A DNA stretch of 14,875 bases from Candidatus Caldarchaeum sp. (lineage in GTDB: Archaea; Thermoproteota; Nitrososphaeria_A; Caldarchaeales; Caldarchaeaceae). The stretch covers positions 1 to 14,875 of the forward strand of contig JAWBKB010000026.1 in NCBI GenBank assembly GCA_038831915.1, read 5' to 3'. A model generated the notes under the pieces. It did no database searches. It saw only the letters and a program-made list of their open reading frames with translations, and was not told the origin of the DNA. Of the stretch, positions 1 through 7,336 are shown one piece after another. Position 1 is the stretch's first letter. Each line of letters opens with the position of its first letter. A program made the translations under genes and the position numbers.

Positions 1-120
1 ACGATAGAGTCTTGGTTCAGCAAGCTCAAGAGAAGAATAAAACAGTTCAACACATGCTTCCCAACATACAGGCCTAAGGTATCAGAGAAGTGGATAAGGT
101 CATGGATGACCTTAAGTTGA
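1..120 (+). CDS. IS6-family transposase, C-terminal 39 codons (5' truncated by window)
   Basis: Open frame from base 1 to TGA at 118-120; contains the E-x6-K/R helix motif (IESWFSKLKRR). Absent from the ORF track because there is no start codon in the window. Confidence 0.75.
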   Translation, partial: TIESWFSKLKRRIKQFNTCFPTYRPKVSEKWIRSWMTLS

Positions 121-127
121 CAGTCCC
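1..127 (+). mobile_element. Right end of an IS6-family insertion sequence (transposase C-terminus plus terminal inverted repeat)
   Basis: Frame +1 reads TIESWFSKLKRRIKQFNTCFPTYRPKVSEKWIRSWMTLS* (stop 118-120), resembling the IExWFxxLKxRxKxFxxxFP C-terminus of archaeal IS6 DDE transposases. The stop lies inside CTTAAGTTGACAGTCCC (111-127); its reverse complement GGGACTGTCAAC matches the IS6 GGNNCTGT end motif. Confidence 0.8.
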
Positions 128-145
128 GTCCGGCCTCCTGAACTA

Positions 146-153
146 TTTATATA
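146..153 (+). promoter_or_regulatory. TATA box of the Lrp/AsnC gene
   Basis: TTTATATA about 30 nt upstream of ATG 183; SD-like GAGGT at 175-179. Confidence 0.65.
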
Positions 154-182
154 CCGGCGTGGAAACAATTAAACGAGGTATA

Positions 183-416
183 ATGCCTTCCGCGTTTGTT
201 CTCATCAACACGGAAATAGGCGCCGAGGAGGAAGTTGTTAACGAGCTGAAGAAAATCTCCTACATCAAGGAAGCCTATGTCGTCTACGGTGTTTATGACA
301 TCGTTGCCAAAGTCGAAGCAGATTCGATGGAAAAGCTGAAAGAAGTTGTTTCATGGAGCATCCGCCGCCTCGAAAAAGTCAGGTCAACCCTCACCATGCT
401 GGTCGTCAGCTCCTAA
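183..416 (+). CDS. Stand-alone Lrp/AsnC ligand-binding (RAM) domain protein, 77 aa
   Basis: MPSAFVLINTEIG...EAYVVYGVYDIVAKVEA...IRRLEKVRSTLTM is the typical archaeal AsnC C-terminal domain with no HTH. Start moved from 90 to ATG 183 because 90-127 lies in the IS and a TATA box/SD precede 183. Confidence 0.9.
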   Translation: MPSAFVLINTEIGAEEEVVNELKKISYIKEAYVVYGVYDIVAKVEADSMEKLKEVVSWSIRRLEKVRSTLTMLVVSS

Positions 417-504
417 AACCAAACTATTCGTTCTACAAGATTACGGTCTACCGTGTAAACTACCGCCGGACGGAAAAACTGTTACGCGATGGTTTTCCCC
501 TCAA

Positions 505-556
505 TCAGCTATTTCAGGCGAGCGATCAAGTGGCGTTACCCGGTTGCGTTCATCAC
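505..556 (-). ncRNA. Possible box C/D sRNA
   Basis: Intergenic; the minus strand reads GTGATGA (perfect C box) ... CTGA (D box) over 52 nt. Internal D'/C' boxes are degenerate. Confidence 0.25.
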
Positions 557-621
557 GCACTATTGGTCTAGACCAAGAGAATGTTTCGACAGGAAATTAT
601 GGTTGGAAAATGAGTTGAAGT

Positions 622-1320
622 TTAGTCCTTTGTGGTTGTTTTGTTTGAGGTGTTGGTTTTTCCGTTGATAGATTGTTTTGTGAATAATGGGTTGTCGATG
701 CTGATGTGTCCGATTTGGATAGCGGGTTCTGGGTTGCCTGTTCTTTCGACGACGGAAACTATGAAGTTTATGGCTTCGTCGAGCTTCATGTCGGGGTTGT
801 ATTCGGACTCGATGATGTCGAGTGCTTTGTCGCTGTTCGCTCCGACGGCGAAAGCGTCTCCGTAGAAAGCTGTGCCGCTTGGGTCGACTTGGTAAAGCTG
901 GACACCAAGTTTGTCGACGCCCGCGATGATGACCGCCACACCCTGAGGTCTGACGGGGTAAAGCGTGTAGCCGTGGAAATAGCCGCTAACCGAGTCTACC
1001 AGCGAACCGATGTCCATCGCCGCGTCATACAGCAGCCTGTGGCGCTGGGTTTCGAGTCGCATGTGGTCGACTAAGCGGTAGAGGTCGCTGATGTAGCCAG
1101 AGCCCGTTATGCCGACGTGGTCATCGATGATGAATACTTTGTCGCTGGGTTTCATGAGTTTACGTGTTGGCTTCACCATGCTTGCTACCACTGCGTATCT
1201 TGGGAATCGGAGGCCGATGCTGATGGAGCCGCGCATAACGGCTTCCAATGCTCTGTCGACGAGCGTCATTCGTCCTTCAGGGCCGTAAAACATCTGAAAA
1301 CGTGAAGGGTCGAAAGCCAT
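622..1320 (-). CDS. psmA: 20S proteasome alpha-type subunit, divergent paralog
   Basis: GPEGR..V..A.EAV.RGS.SIG, KVFIIDDHVGITGSG..SD, RPQGVAVIIAGVD, LYQVDPSG and AVG motifs of the alpha family. Confidence 0.9.
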   Translation of the reverse strand: MAFDPSRFQMFYGPEGRMTLVDRALEAVMRGSISIGLRFPRYAVVASMVKPTRKLMKPSDKVFIIDDHVGITGSGYISDLYRLVDHMRLETQRHRLLYDAAMDIGSLVDSVSGYFHGYTLYPVRPQGVAVIIAGVDKLGVQLYQVDPSGTAFYGDAFAVGANSDKALDIIESEYNPDMKLDEAINFIVSVVERTGNPEPAIQIGHISIDNPLFTKQSINGKTNTSNKTTTKD

Positions 1321-1887
1321 TTACTCAACCCTCCTGACCGGAATTGTCAACACGTCGACGCCGTTGCCCGAGCCAGGGTCCCGCTGCATTGCCGCTTCAA
1401 CCGCTTTAACAGCGATGTTTTTCGCCTGCTCGAGAGTGATGTTGGGTGAATAGAGGCTTTCGAGGACACCGTAGGCTACGGGTGAGCCGCTTCCCGACGA
1501 AACAAATTCTTCAGCCATGATGGAGCCGCTCATGTCGCTGCTGTAAACGTGTGGGCCTTCGTCGTCGACACCTGCCACGATAAGCTCCGCAAAGTATGGA
1601 AGATAATTGCGCATACCGCTGTAGAAAAGGTTGGAGATGAGTTTGCTTGATTCCGCCACGGACATCGGATATCCTCTCCGCAGGGCTATGAGTTTGCGTT
1701 CGGCTCTTACGACGTTGACGAGGTAAACCGCGTCGGAAACAAGGCCCGCGATGGCCACGGCGAGGCTGTCGTCGACCTTCAAAATTTTCTGCGTGGTCTT
1801 GGACGCTATGAAGAAGCCTTTGCTCGCACGTCTATCCGATGCCAGAACCACTCCATCAACCGCTTTCAAACCAACAATTGTTGTCAC
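1321..1887 (-). CDS. psmB: 20S proteasome beta-type subunit (Thr protease), no propeptide
   Basis: TTIVGL...D17...K33, AGLVSDA, SGSGS and RDPGSG catalytic motifs. GTG start directly before Thr1, preceded by GAGG. Confidence 0.93.
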   Translation of the reverse strand: MTTIVGLKAVDGVVLASDRRASKGFFIASKTTQKILKVDDSLAVAIAGLVSDAVYLVNVVRAERKLIALRRGYPMSVAESSKLISNLFYSGMRNYLPYFAELIVAGVDDEGPHVYSSDMSGSIMAEEFVSSGSGSPVAYGVLESLYSPNITLEQAKNIAVKAVEAAMQRDPGSGNGVDVLTIPVRRVE

Positions 1888-1953
1888 GTTTCCTCGACAA
1901 ATACATGGAAAAGGAGGTGTTTAGCGACTGACTTGATGTGCAGTTGGTCACAG

Positions 1954-2550
1954 CTATGCGGCGATTTTGAACGGGCTTGCAACTAATGCTTTAACGGGTG
2001 ATTGGTCGTCGATCAGCGCGAGTTCGTATGCTTTGCGTAGGATGGCTAAAGCGGCTCGAACGGCTTTGCGGTCGTTGACGTTGCTTTCGATGACGAGTCG
2101 GCTGTTTTTGAGCTTGAGGGTTATGGTCATCGAACCGTCGTATGAAATCCAACGCAACACATGGCCGTCTTCTTCGACACTGTATCCATGCCAGCGGAGC
2201 TCGTCAAACCATCTTCCTCGGAGGGCCACTACGCCGGCCAAGACAAGGCCCATGTCTTCGACCTGCGAATCAACTATCACATGTGATTGGCTGGGCTTGG
2301 TTTGTTCTACAAATCGACGGGCTTTTCCGCTCAGCCTGTAGCCTGTCTCGGTGCGGTCGACGAGGCCGTGTTTTTCCAGCCTTTTTAGGATGCGGGAAAG
2401 CTTTTCCTGATGCATGCCGAGGGCCCTACGCATTCCGCCGAAGCTTATTTCACCTTCAGAAGCCGTGGAAAGGGCTTTCAGCACTTCGGCCTCGTCTTCA
2501 CGGATATCTATGGAAAACTCGTCTCGCAACTTTTTCTCAACCGGGTTCAT
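1954..2550 (-). CDS. Winged helix-turn-helix (MarR-like) protein with an uncharacterised C-terminal domain
   Basis: EVLKAL...ISFGGMRRALGMHQEKLSRILKRLEKHGLV...GYRLS is a wHTH; GAGG precedes the ATG. Confidence 0.75.
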   Translation of the reverse strand: MNPVEKKLRDEFSIDIREDEAEVLKALSTASEGEISFGGMRRALGMHQEKLSRILKRLEKHGLVDRTETGYRLSGKARRFVEQTKPSQSHVIVDSQVEDMGLVLAGVVALRGRWFDELRWHGYSVEEDGHVLRWISYDGSMTITLKLKNSRLVIESNVNDRKAVRAALAILRKAYELALIDDQSPVKALVASPFKIAA

Positions 2551-2660
2551 CGCCTCGACATTATTAAGATGTGGTTGCTACAACGGTGTTTACGTCGTTG
2601 GCGGTTTTGCTTGTTGTTGGTCGGGAATGCTTAAATTTTAGGTTCAGCCTAAAACTGTCG

Positions 2661-3224
2661 ATGGTCACGACACAACAAAAACACCAAACCCTCTTGAAAG
2701 CGACAGAGGTTGCAGGCATATTCTTCATCGTGTTAATGGGGTCTCTGCTGCATTTCACCTACGAATTATCTGGAGAAAACGTTGTCGTCGGGTTGATTTC
2801 AGCCGTCAACGAAAGCGTTTGGGAACATCTCAAGCTGCCTTTCTTCCCAGCTCTTTTCCTCGGCGCCGCACAGCACGCGGTGATGCGGAAAACATATCCG
2901 AATTTCTGGCTCGGCAAAGCCGTCGGCACTTTCTCGATGCCGCTTATCATCGTCGTCGGGTTCTACGCATACAAGGCGGTTTTCGGAGGACACAACCTCG
3001 CATATGACATCGGGTTGTTCATAGTATCTGTCATGATCGGCCAACTCGTTAGCTATCGACTCATATCCCAGACAGGAGCCAAGCCCTTCAACATCCTTCC
3101 GCTGGCAGCGCTCATCGTCATGGCGGTCATCTTCATGGTCTTCACCATCGCACCACCCCGGCTTGAAATCTTCCAAGACCCGTTAACAGGTGGATTCGGC
3201 TTAGAAGGCCACAGCCACCTATAA
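2661..3224 (+). CDS. Integral membrane protein (DUF6512-like), about 5 TM helices
   Basis: GSLLHFTYELSG and AVNESVWEHLKL conserved-looking motifs plus hydrophobic helices. ATG 2661 preferred over 2571 because TTAAATTT lies at 2631-2638. Confidence 0.7.
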   Translation: MVTTQQKHQTLLKATEVAGIFFIVLMGSLLHFTYELSGENVVVGLISAVNESVWEHLKLPFFPALFLGAAQHAVMRKTYPNFWLGKAVGTFSMPLIIVVGFYAYKAVFGGHNLAYDIGLFIVSVMIGQLVSYRLISQTGAKPFNILPLAALIVMAVIFMVFTIAPPRLEIFQDPLTGGFGLEGHSHL

Positions 3225-3280
3225 CAAACAACCCATTCCTTTTTTACGCAGCCGTTTTTAACCACCAGCCTCATGTATTG

Positions 3281-4030
3281 ATGACGGTCGGCCGACGTAA
3301 ACTGCTCAAAAACAGCGCATTCATCTCCCTACTCGTCGGGGCCTTCGTGACGGGCCTTGTTTTTCTACCCGGGTTTATAGTTAGGCGAGAACAACAACCA
3401 ACTGTGCGAACCGATTTGAAAACAGTGGTGTTGCCTAAACCCCGTTTGTCGGGGCCGATGTCGGTTGAAGAAGCGATTCAGCGAAGGAGGTCGCGTCGAG
3501 AATATCGTAACGAGCCTTTGAAGTTGGCGGAGGTTTCGCAGTTATTATGGGCTGCTCAAGGAGTAACCGCTCCTCATCTATGGACGGGCCTTCGTTCCGC
3601 TCCTTCCGCGGGAGGCCTCTACCTGCTTGAAACATACGTTGTCGTCAAACGAGGCGGAGTCGAGGGCCTCGGACCCGGCACATACCACTACAACCCTCAT
3701 CGCCACATCCTCACCCAAGTCGCTGAAGGAGATTTTAGCAAAGACTTGATGAACGCATGCGTTGATCAGGAATGGGTTGGAGCCGCGGCATGCAACATCG
3801 TTTTCACAGCGGTCGTCGAAAGAACACGTGTGAGATACGGTGACAGGGCTTTGCAGTATGTTTTTCAAGAATCGGGGCACGCGGCTCAAAACGTGTATCT
3901 TCAGGCTAAAGCTCTTGGTTTTGGATGCGTGGTGATTGGAGCGTTTTACGAAGACGAGGTGAGGCGAATCTTGAACGCTGAGTCGGATGAGCTTCCTGTT
4001 TACGTGATGCCCATTGGCAGGCCCGCTTAA
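3281..4030 (+). CDS. SagB/ThcOx-type FMN-dependent nitroreductase-family protein with N-terminal twin-arginine signal/anchor
   Basis: LPKP..SVEEAIQRRRSRREY, LSQLLWAAQG-like, RSAPSAGGLY, ESGHAAQNVYLQA..LG.G..IGAF motifs. N-terminus is GRRKLLK followed by a hydrophobic helix. Confidence 0.88.
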   Translation: MTVGRRKLLKNSAFISLLVGAFVTGLVFLPGFIVRREQQPTVRTDLKTVVLPKPRLSGPMSVEEAIQRRRSRREYRNEPLKLAEVSQLLWAAQGVTAPHLWTGLRSAPSAGGLYLLETYVVVKRGGVEGLGPGTYHYNPHRHILTQVAEGDFSKDLMNACVDQEWVGAAACNIVFTAVVERTRVRYGDRALQYVFQESGHAAQNVYLQAKALGFGCVVIGAFYEDEVRRILNAESDELPVYVMPIGRPA

Positions 4031-4586
4031 CACCCTACTTCTCTACCGAGGCGTTTTAGTTGTTCTGCTCGGAATAGTTGTTTACTTTCTCGTCTCTGGG
4101 TTCGGGCCCCTGTTGACGAGTCCGCGAATCAGCTTAGATGTTTTGGACTGGAAAGGCGGTGGATGGGCTGGCTACAGGCTTGGCTACGCCGGAACGGTCA
4201 TGCTCGTCATCGCGCAAGCCTATCTATTCAGGCCCCGCATACTCAACAAGCTCATACTACTCAACATGCACTGCTACCTCACCACAGCAGGCGGAACACT
4301 CATTCTACTACATTCAGGGTTTCCCTACTCGTTCACATACTGGAATTTCCATGAAAGAATCTATCCATCGCTCGGGGTGTACGGCTTGGTCGGAATGCAG
4401 GGTCTGGCGGCTTGGATGGTGCTTCTTCTCATCGCCAGCGGCTTCTACGGCAGGTATCTATACGGCAAAACCCGCGCTTTCAAGAAATGGCATCTGTTTC
4501 ATTCGGTTTTTTCCGCTGTTCTCTACGTAGCAGGCGTCATCCACCTCATGCTCGTCGTAACTCTGAAACACGTTTCGGCGGTTTAG
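4014..4586 (+). CDS. Multi-pass membrane protein, putative di-heme cytochrome b / ferric-reductase-like
   Basis: About 5 TM helices; two H-x13-H pairs (MHCYLTTAGGTLILLHSG and FHSVFSAVLYVAGVIH); SGFYGRYLY motif. TTG start overlaps the upstream gene by 17 nt. Confidence 0.7.
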   Translation: MAGPLNTLLLYRGVLVVLLGIVVYFLVSGFGPLLTSPRISLDVLDWKGGGWAGYRLGYAGTVMLVIAQAYLFRPRILNKLILLNMHCYLTTAGGTLILLHSGFPYSFTYWNFHERIYPSLGVYGLVGMQGLAAWMVLLLIASGFYGRYLYGKTRAFKKWHLFHSVFSAVLYVAGVIHLMLVVTLKHVSAV

Positions 4587-5710
4587 ACGGCAGTCAAGAT
4601 ATACGCGGCGACGGGCCCGAGCAAAATTTTTCTCGATGAGGTGACTGAGTAGCCCGCGGCTTCGAGGGCTTTGGACGCTATGGTTGGCTTGTTGACGATT
4701 ACTGTCAGGGATGCGTGTGGACATGCCTGATGGATGCTTTTGAATGCGTTGGTGTAGAATTTTTCCGGCTCCTTCAGCCTAATCCGCAGCCCGAAAGGAG
4801 GGTTGCACACCACTTTGTCAACTTCGGTCGTCAACACTTCGACGAGCCGCATCACATCAGCCACGCCAAACCGCACAGAATCACCTAAACCCGACGACAG
4901 CCTGCTTGACTCCGCCACAGCAATCCACAGAGGCGAAACATCAAACCCTAAAACATTCAAAATCTCGCCAATTTTTTCACGACGAATCAAAGATTCACGG
5001 ATTTTTTCAACAGCTTCACGGCTGAAGAGAACAAGCTTCTCTAATGCTAAGTGTTTGCGGAGGCCCGGCGACACCTCCAAACCGTGCACAGCGGCTTCCA
5101 AGGGAATGGTGCCTGAGCCGCAGAAAGGGTCTATCAGACATTCATCGCTCTTCCATCCAGATAATTTCACCATGGCGTTGGCCACGGTTGGAGAAAGAGC
5201 CGCACGATGATACGCGGTCCGATACCATCTTCTGTGAAGCGATTCACCCGACATGTTAACGCCCATCAACAACTCTTCACCGCGTAGAATCACGTAAATC
5301 TCGACGTCGGGGTTGTTCAAGTCCACACACAACCGCACACCGGTAATCGCCTTAAACGAATCGATAACAGCCTTCCCGACACGTGCGGCGATGTCAAGGC
5401 TTGTGAAATCGTGAACACCGATTCTTTCGGCCTGGACGGCGAAGCTCTGTTTCCGCCCAATTACCGAGGTGTAGTCAACAGATGCAGCGGCTTTTTCGAT
5501 GTCGTCGAGGCCTGTGACTTTTTCACGAAGCAGAAGAAGAAAAACCCTGTTTACTGTCTGGCCTGCGAAATTGACCTTTACGCAGTCCTCCAAACTTCCC
5601 GAGAAAAACACTTTCCCAACATCGGCTTGCACATCATTTAACGAAAGCCGCATAAGCTCCAAAGCAACGACATCCTCTAAACCGGAAAACGTCGTAGCGA
5701 AAAATTTCAT
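4583..5710 (-). CDS. trm14: THUMP-domain SAM-dependent RNA methyltransferase, probably tRNA (guanine(6)-N2)-methyltransferase
   Basis: N-terminal FATTFSGLE, THUMP (SFAV...HDFTSLDIA...VDLNNPD), GESLHRR, DPFCGSGTIPLE and NPPFG motifs. Confidence 0.82.
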   Translation of the reverse strand: MKFFATTFSGLEDVVALELMRLSLNDVQADVGKVFFSGSLEDCVKVNFAGQTVNRVFLLLLREKVTGLDDIEKAAASVDYTSVIGRKQSFAVQAERIGVHDFTSLDIAARVGKAVIDSFKAITGVRLCVDLNNPDVEIYVILRGEELLMGVNMSGESLHRRWYRTAYHRAALSPTVANAMVKLSGWKSDECLIDPFCGSGTIPLEAAVHGLEVSPGLRKHLALEKLVLFSREAVEKIRESLIRREKIGEILNVLGFDVSPLWIAVAESSRLSSGLGDSVRFGVADVMRLVEVLTTEVDKVVCNPPFGLRIRLKEPEKFYTNAFKSIHQACPHASLTVIVNKPTIASKALEAAGYSVTSSRKILLGPVAAYILTAV

Positions 5711-5758
5711 TCAACCAGATGAAGAGAAGAACTGGACGGCTAAAAACCTACTTAATTA

Positions 5759-7336
5759 TTAGATGTAGTTGTACGCTATCGGTGGTGTGAATTCGATGAA
5801 TTCGCGGTTTAAGGCGGTTTGTCGGAGGATTTCAGCGGCCTGTTCATATTTTGTTTCATGGTAGAACGCTCCAGCTTCCTGCCTGAATTTCTGAAGGATT
5901 TTCTGCAGTTCTTCTTCGAAGAGCTGTGGTGTTACTGTTCGTCCGTCGCTGAGCTTGACGCAGTGTCTCACCCACTGCCAGACAAGGGCCCGGGCTATTT
6001 CGAATGTCGCGGCGTCCTCCATGAGGTTGTTGATGGCTACGCATCCGTTTCCACGCAGCCACGACTCGAGATAACGGAGGCCCACCTCCATGTTAGCTCT
6101 CATACCTTCGACAGTTCTCTCGCCTTCAGGAACCTTGAGTAAATCATCCGCGGTTACAACGAGGTTTTCATGCTTGACGTGTAGCTGATTGGGTCCTTTG
6201 ATGTTTTCCACGAAAAGCTGTTTGACAACGGGGACGAGGTCGGGGTGAGCTACCCAAGCCCCGTCGAATCCTTGTGAAATTTCCCGAAGCTTGTCCTCGC
6301 GGACTTTGGCGAATGCTTTCTGCTGTGCTTCAGGGTTTCCACGCAACGGCACTTGTGCAGCCATTCCTCCGATGGCATACGCTCCACGGCGGTGACACGT
6401 CTTGACCAGCAGCAGAGCAGCCGATTTGAGGAAATGTTTATCCATGGTGAGGAGGCTTCTGTCCGGCATGATGTAGCGCGGGTCATGACCCAGCCGTTTG
6501 ATGAAGCTGAAGATATAATCCCATCGCCCAAGGTTTAGGGCTGTGATGTAGTCGCGGAGCTCGTAGATTATTTCGTCCATCTGGAATGCGGCTGTGATTG
6601 TTTCGATGAGTACGCTGCATTTGATTGTGCCATGTGGCAGGTTGAGGGTTTTCTCGGCGTCGGCGAAAACGGTGGCCCACCATCGTGCTTCACGGTAGTG
6701 TTCGAGCTTTGGAATGTAGAAGTAGGGCCCTGTTCCACGTTCCCGCAGCTCAGCCGCGTTGTGAAACAGGTAAAGACCGAAGTCAAACAACGCCGCCGGA
6801 ACCGGTGTTCCGTTGATTCGCATGTTTTTCTCCACGAGATGAAGACCTCGAGGCCTAACAACCAAAGTCGCTGTTTTTTCGTTTAAACGGTATACCTTTC
6901 CGTCAGGTCCCTTGAACTCGATGGTTTTCCGAACAGCGTCCATTAAGTTAATCTGGCCCGCGATGGTTGAATCCCAGACCGGTGAAAAACTATCCTCGAA
7001 ATCAGCCATGTAAACGTTAGCCCCCGAATTCAAAGCGTTAATCATCATTTTCCGGTCAACGGGTCCAGTGATTTCGACGTGTCGCACTTTGAGGTCTGGG
7101 GGAATTTCGGCGACCGTCCAGCCGCCCGCTCTTACGTCAGCTGTTTCTGGTGGAAAGTCGAGTTTGCCGCCTTGATGAAGGATCGCGGCTGTCGCTTCAC
7201 GTTCTTTCAACAGCGTCGAAAGCTGTGGGCCGTGTTTTTTGACGAGGGAGACGATGAAGTCAACTGCTTCCCCTGAAAGAACAGCGTCGATGTTTTGTTT
7301 CGTTTTGGTGTTTACCGACACCGCGGTCATCGTCAT
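5759..7336 (-). CDS. aceB: Malate synthase A
   Basis: VEITGP, MADFEDS, VRPRGLH, YIPKLE, LIET, LNLGRWDYIFS, GFDGAWVAHP and LMEDAAT motifs; 525 aa, MSA-sized. Confidence 0.96.
   Translation of the reverse strand: MTMTAVSVNTKTKQNIDAVLSGEAVDFIVSLVKKHGPQLSTLLKEREATAAILHQGGKLDFPPETADVRAGGWTVAEIPPDLKVRHVEITGPVDRKMMINALNSGANVYMADFEDSFSPVWDSTIAGQINLMDAVRKTIEFKGPDGKVYRLNEKTATLVVRPRGLHLVEKNMRINGTPVPAALFDFGLYLFHNAAELRERGTGPYFYIPKLEHYREARWWATVFADAEKTLNLPHGTIKCSVLIETITAAFQMDEIIYELRDYITALNLGRWDYIFSFIKRLGHDPRYIMPDRSLLTMDKHFLKSAALLLVKTCHRRGAYAIGGMAAQVPLRGNPEAQQKAFAKVREDKLREISQGFDGAWVAHPDLVPVVKQLFVENIKGPNQLHVKHENLVVTADDLLKVPEGERTVEGMRANMEVGLRYLESWLRGNGCVAINNLMEDAATFEIARALVWQWVRHCVKLSDGRTVTPQLFEEELQKILQKFRQEAGAFYHETKYEQAAEILRQTALNREFIEFTPPIAYNYI

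Noticed and set aside
90-182. N-terminal extension of the Lrp/AsnC ORF in the ORF track
   Set aside because: It runs through the IS end and the TATA box; ATG 183 is the better start.
346-618. ORFs 346-618 and 353-571
   Set aside because: They overlap the Lrp gene out of frame, have no recognisable motifs and show atypical composition.
3281-4030. SagB as a sign of a thiazole/oxazole RiPP cluster
   Set aside because: No YcaO, precursor peptide or transporter is nearby, and stand-alone SagB-like proteins are common in archaea.
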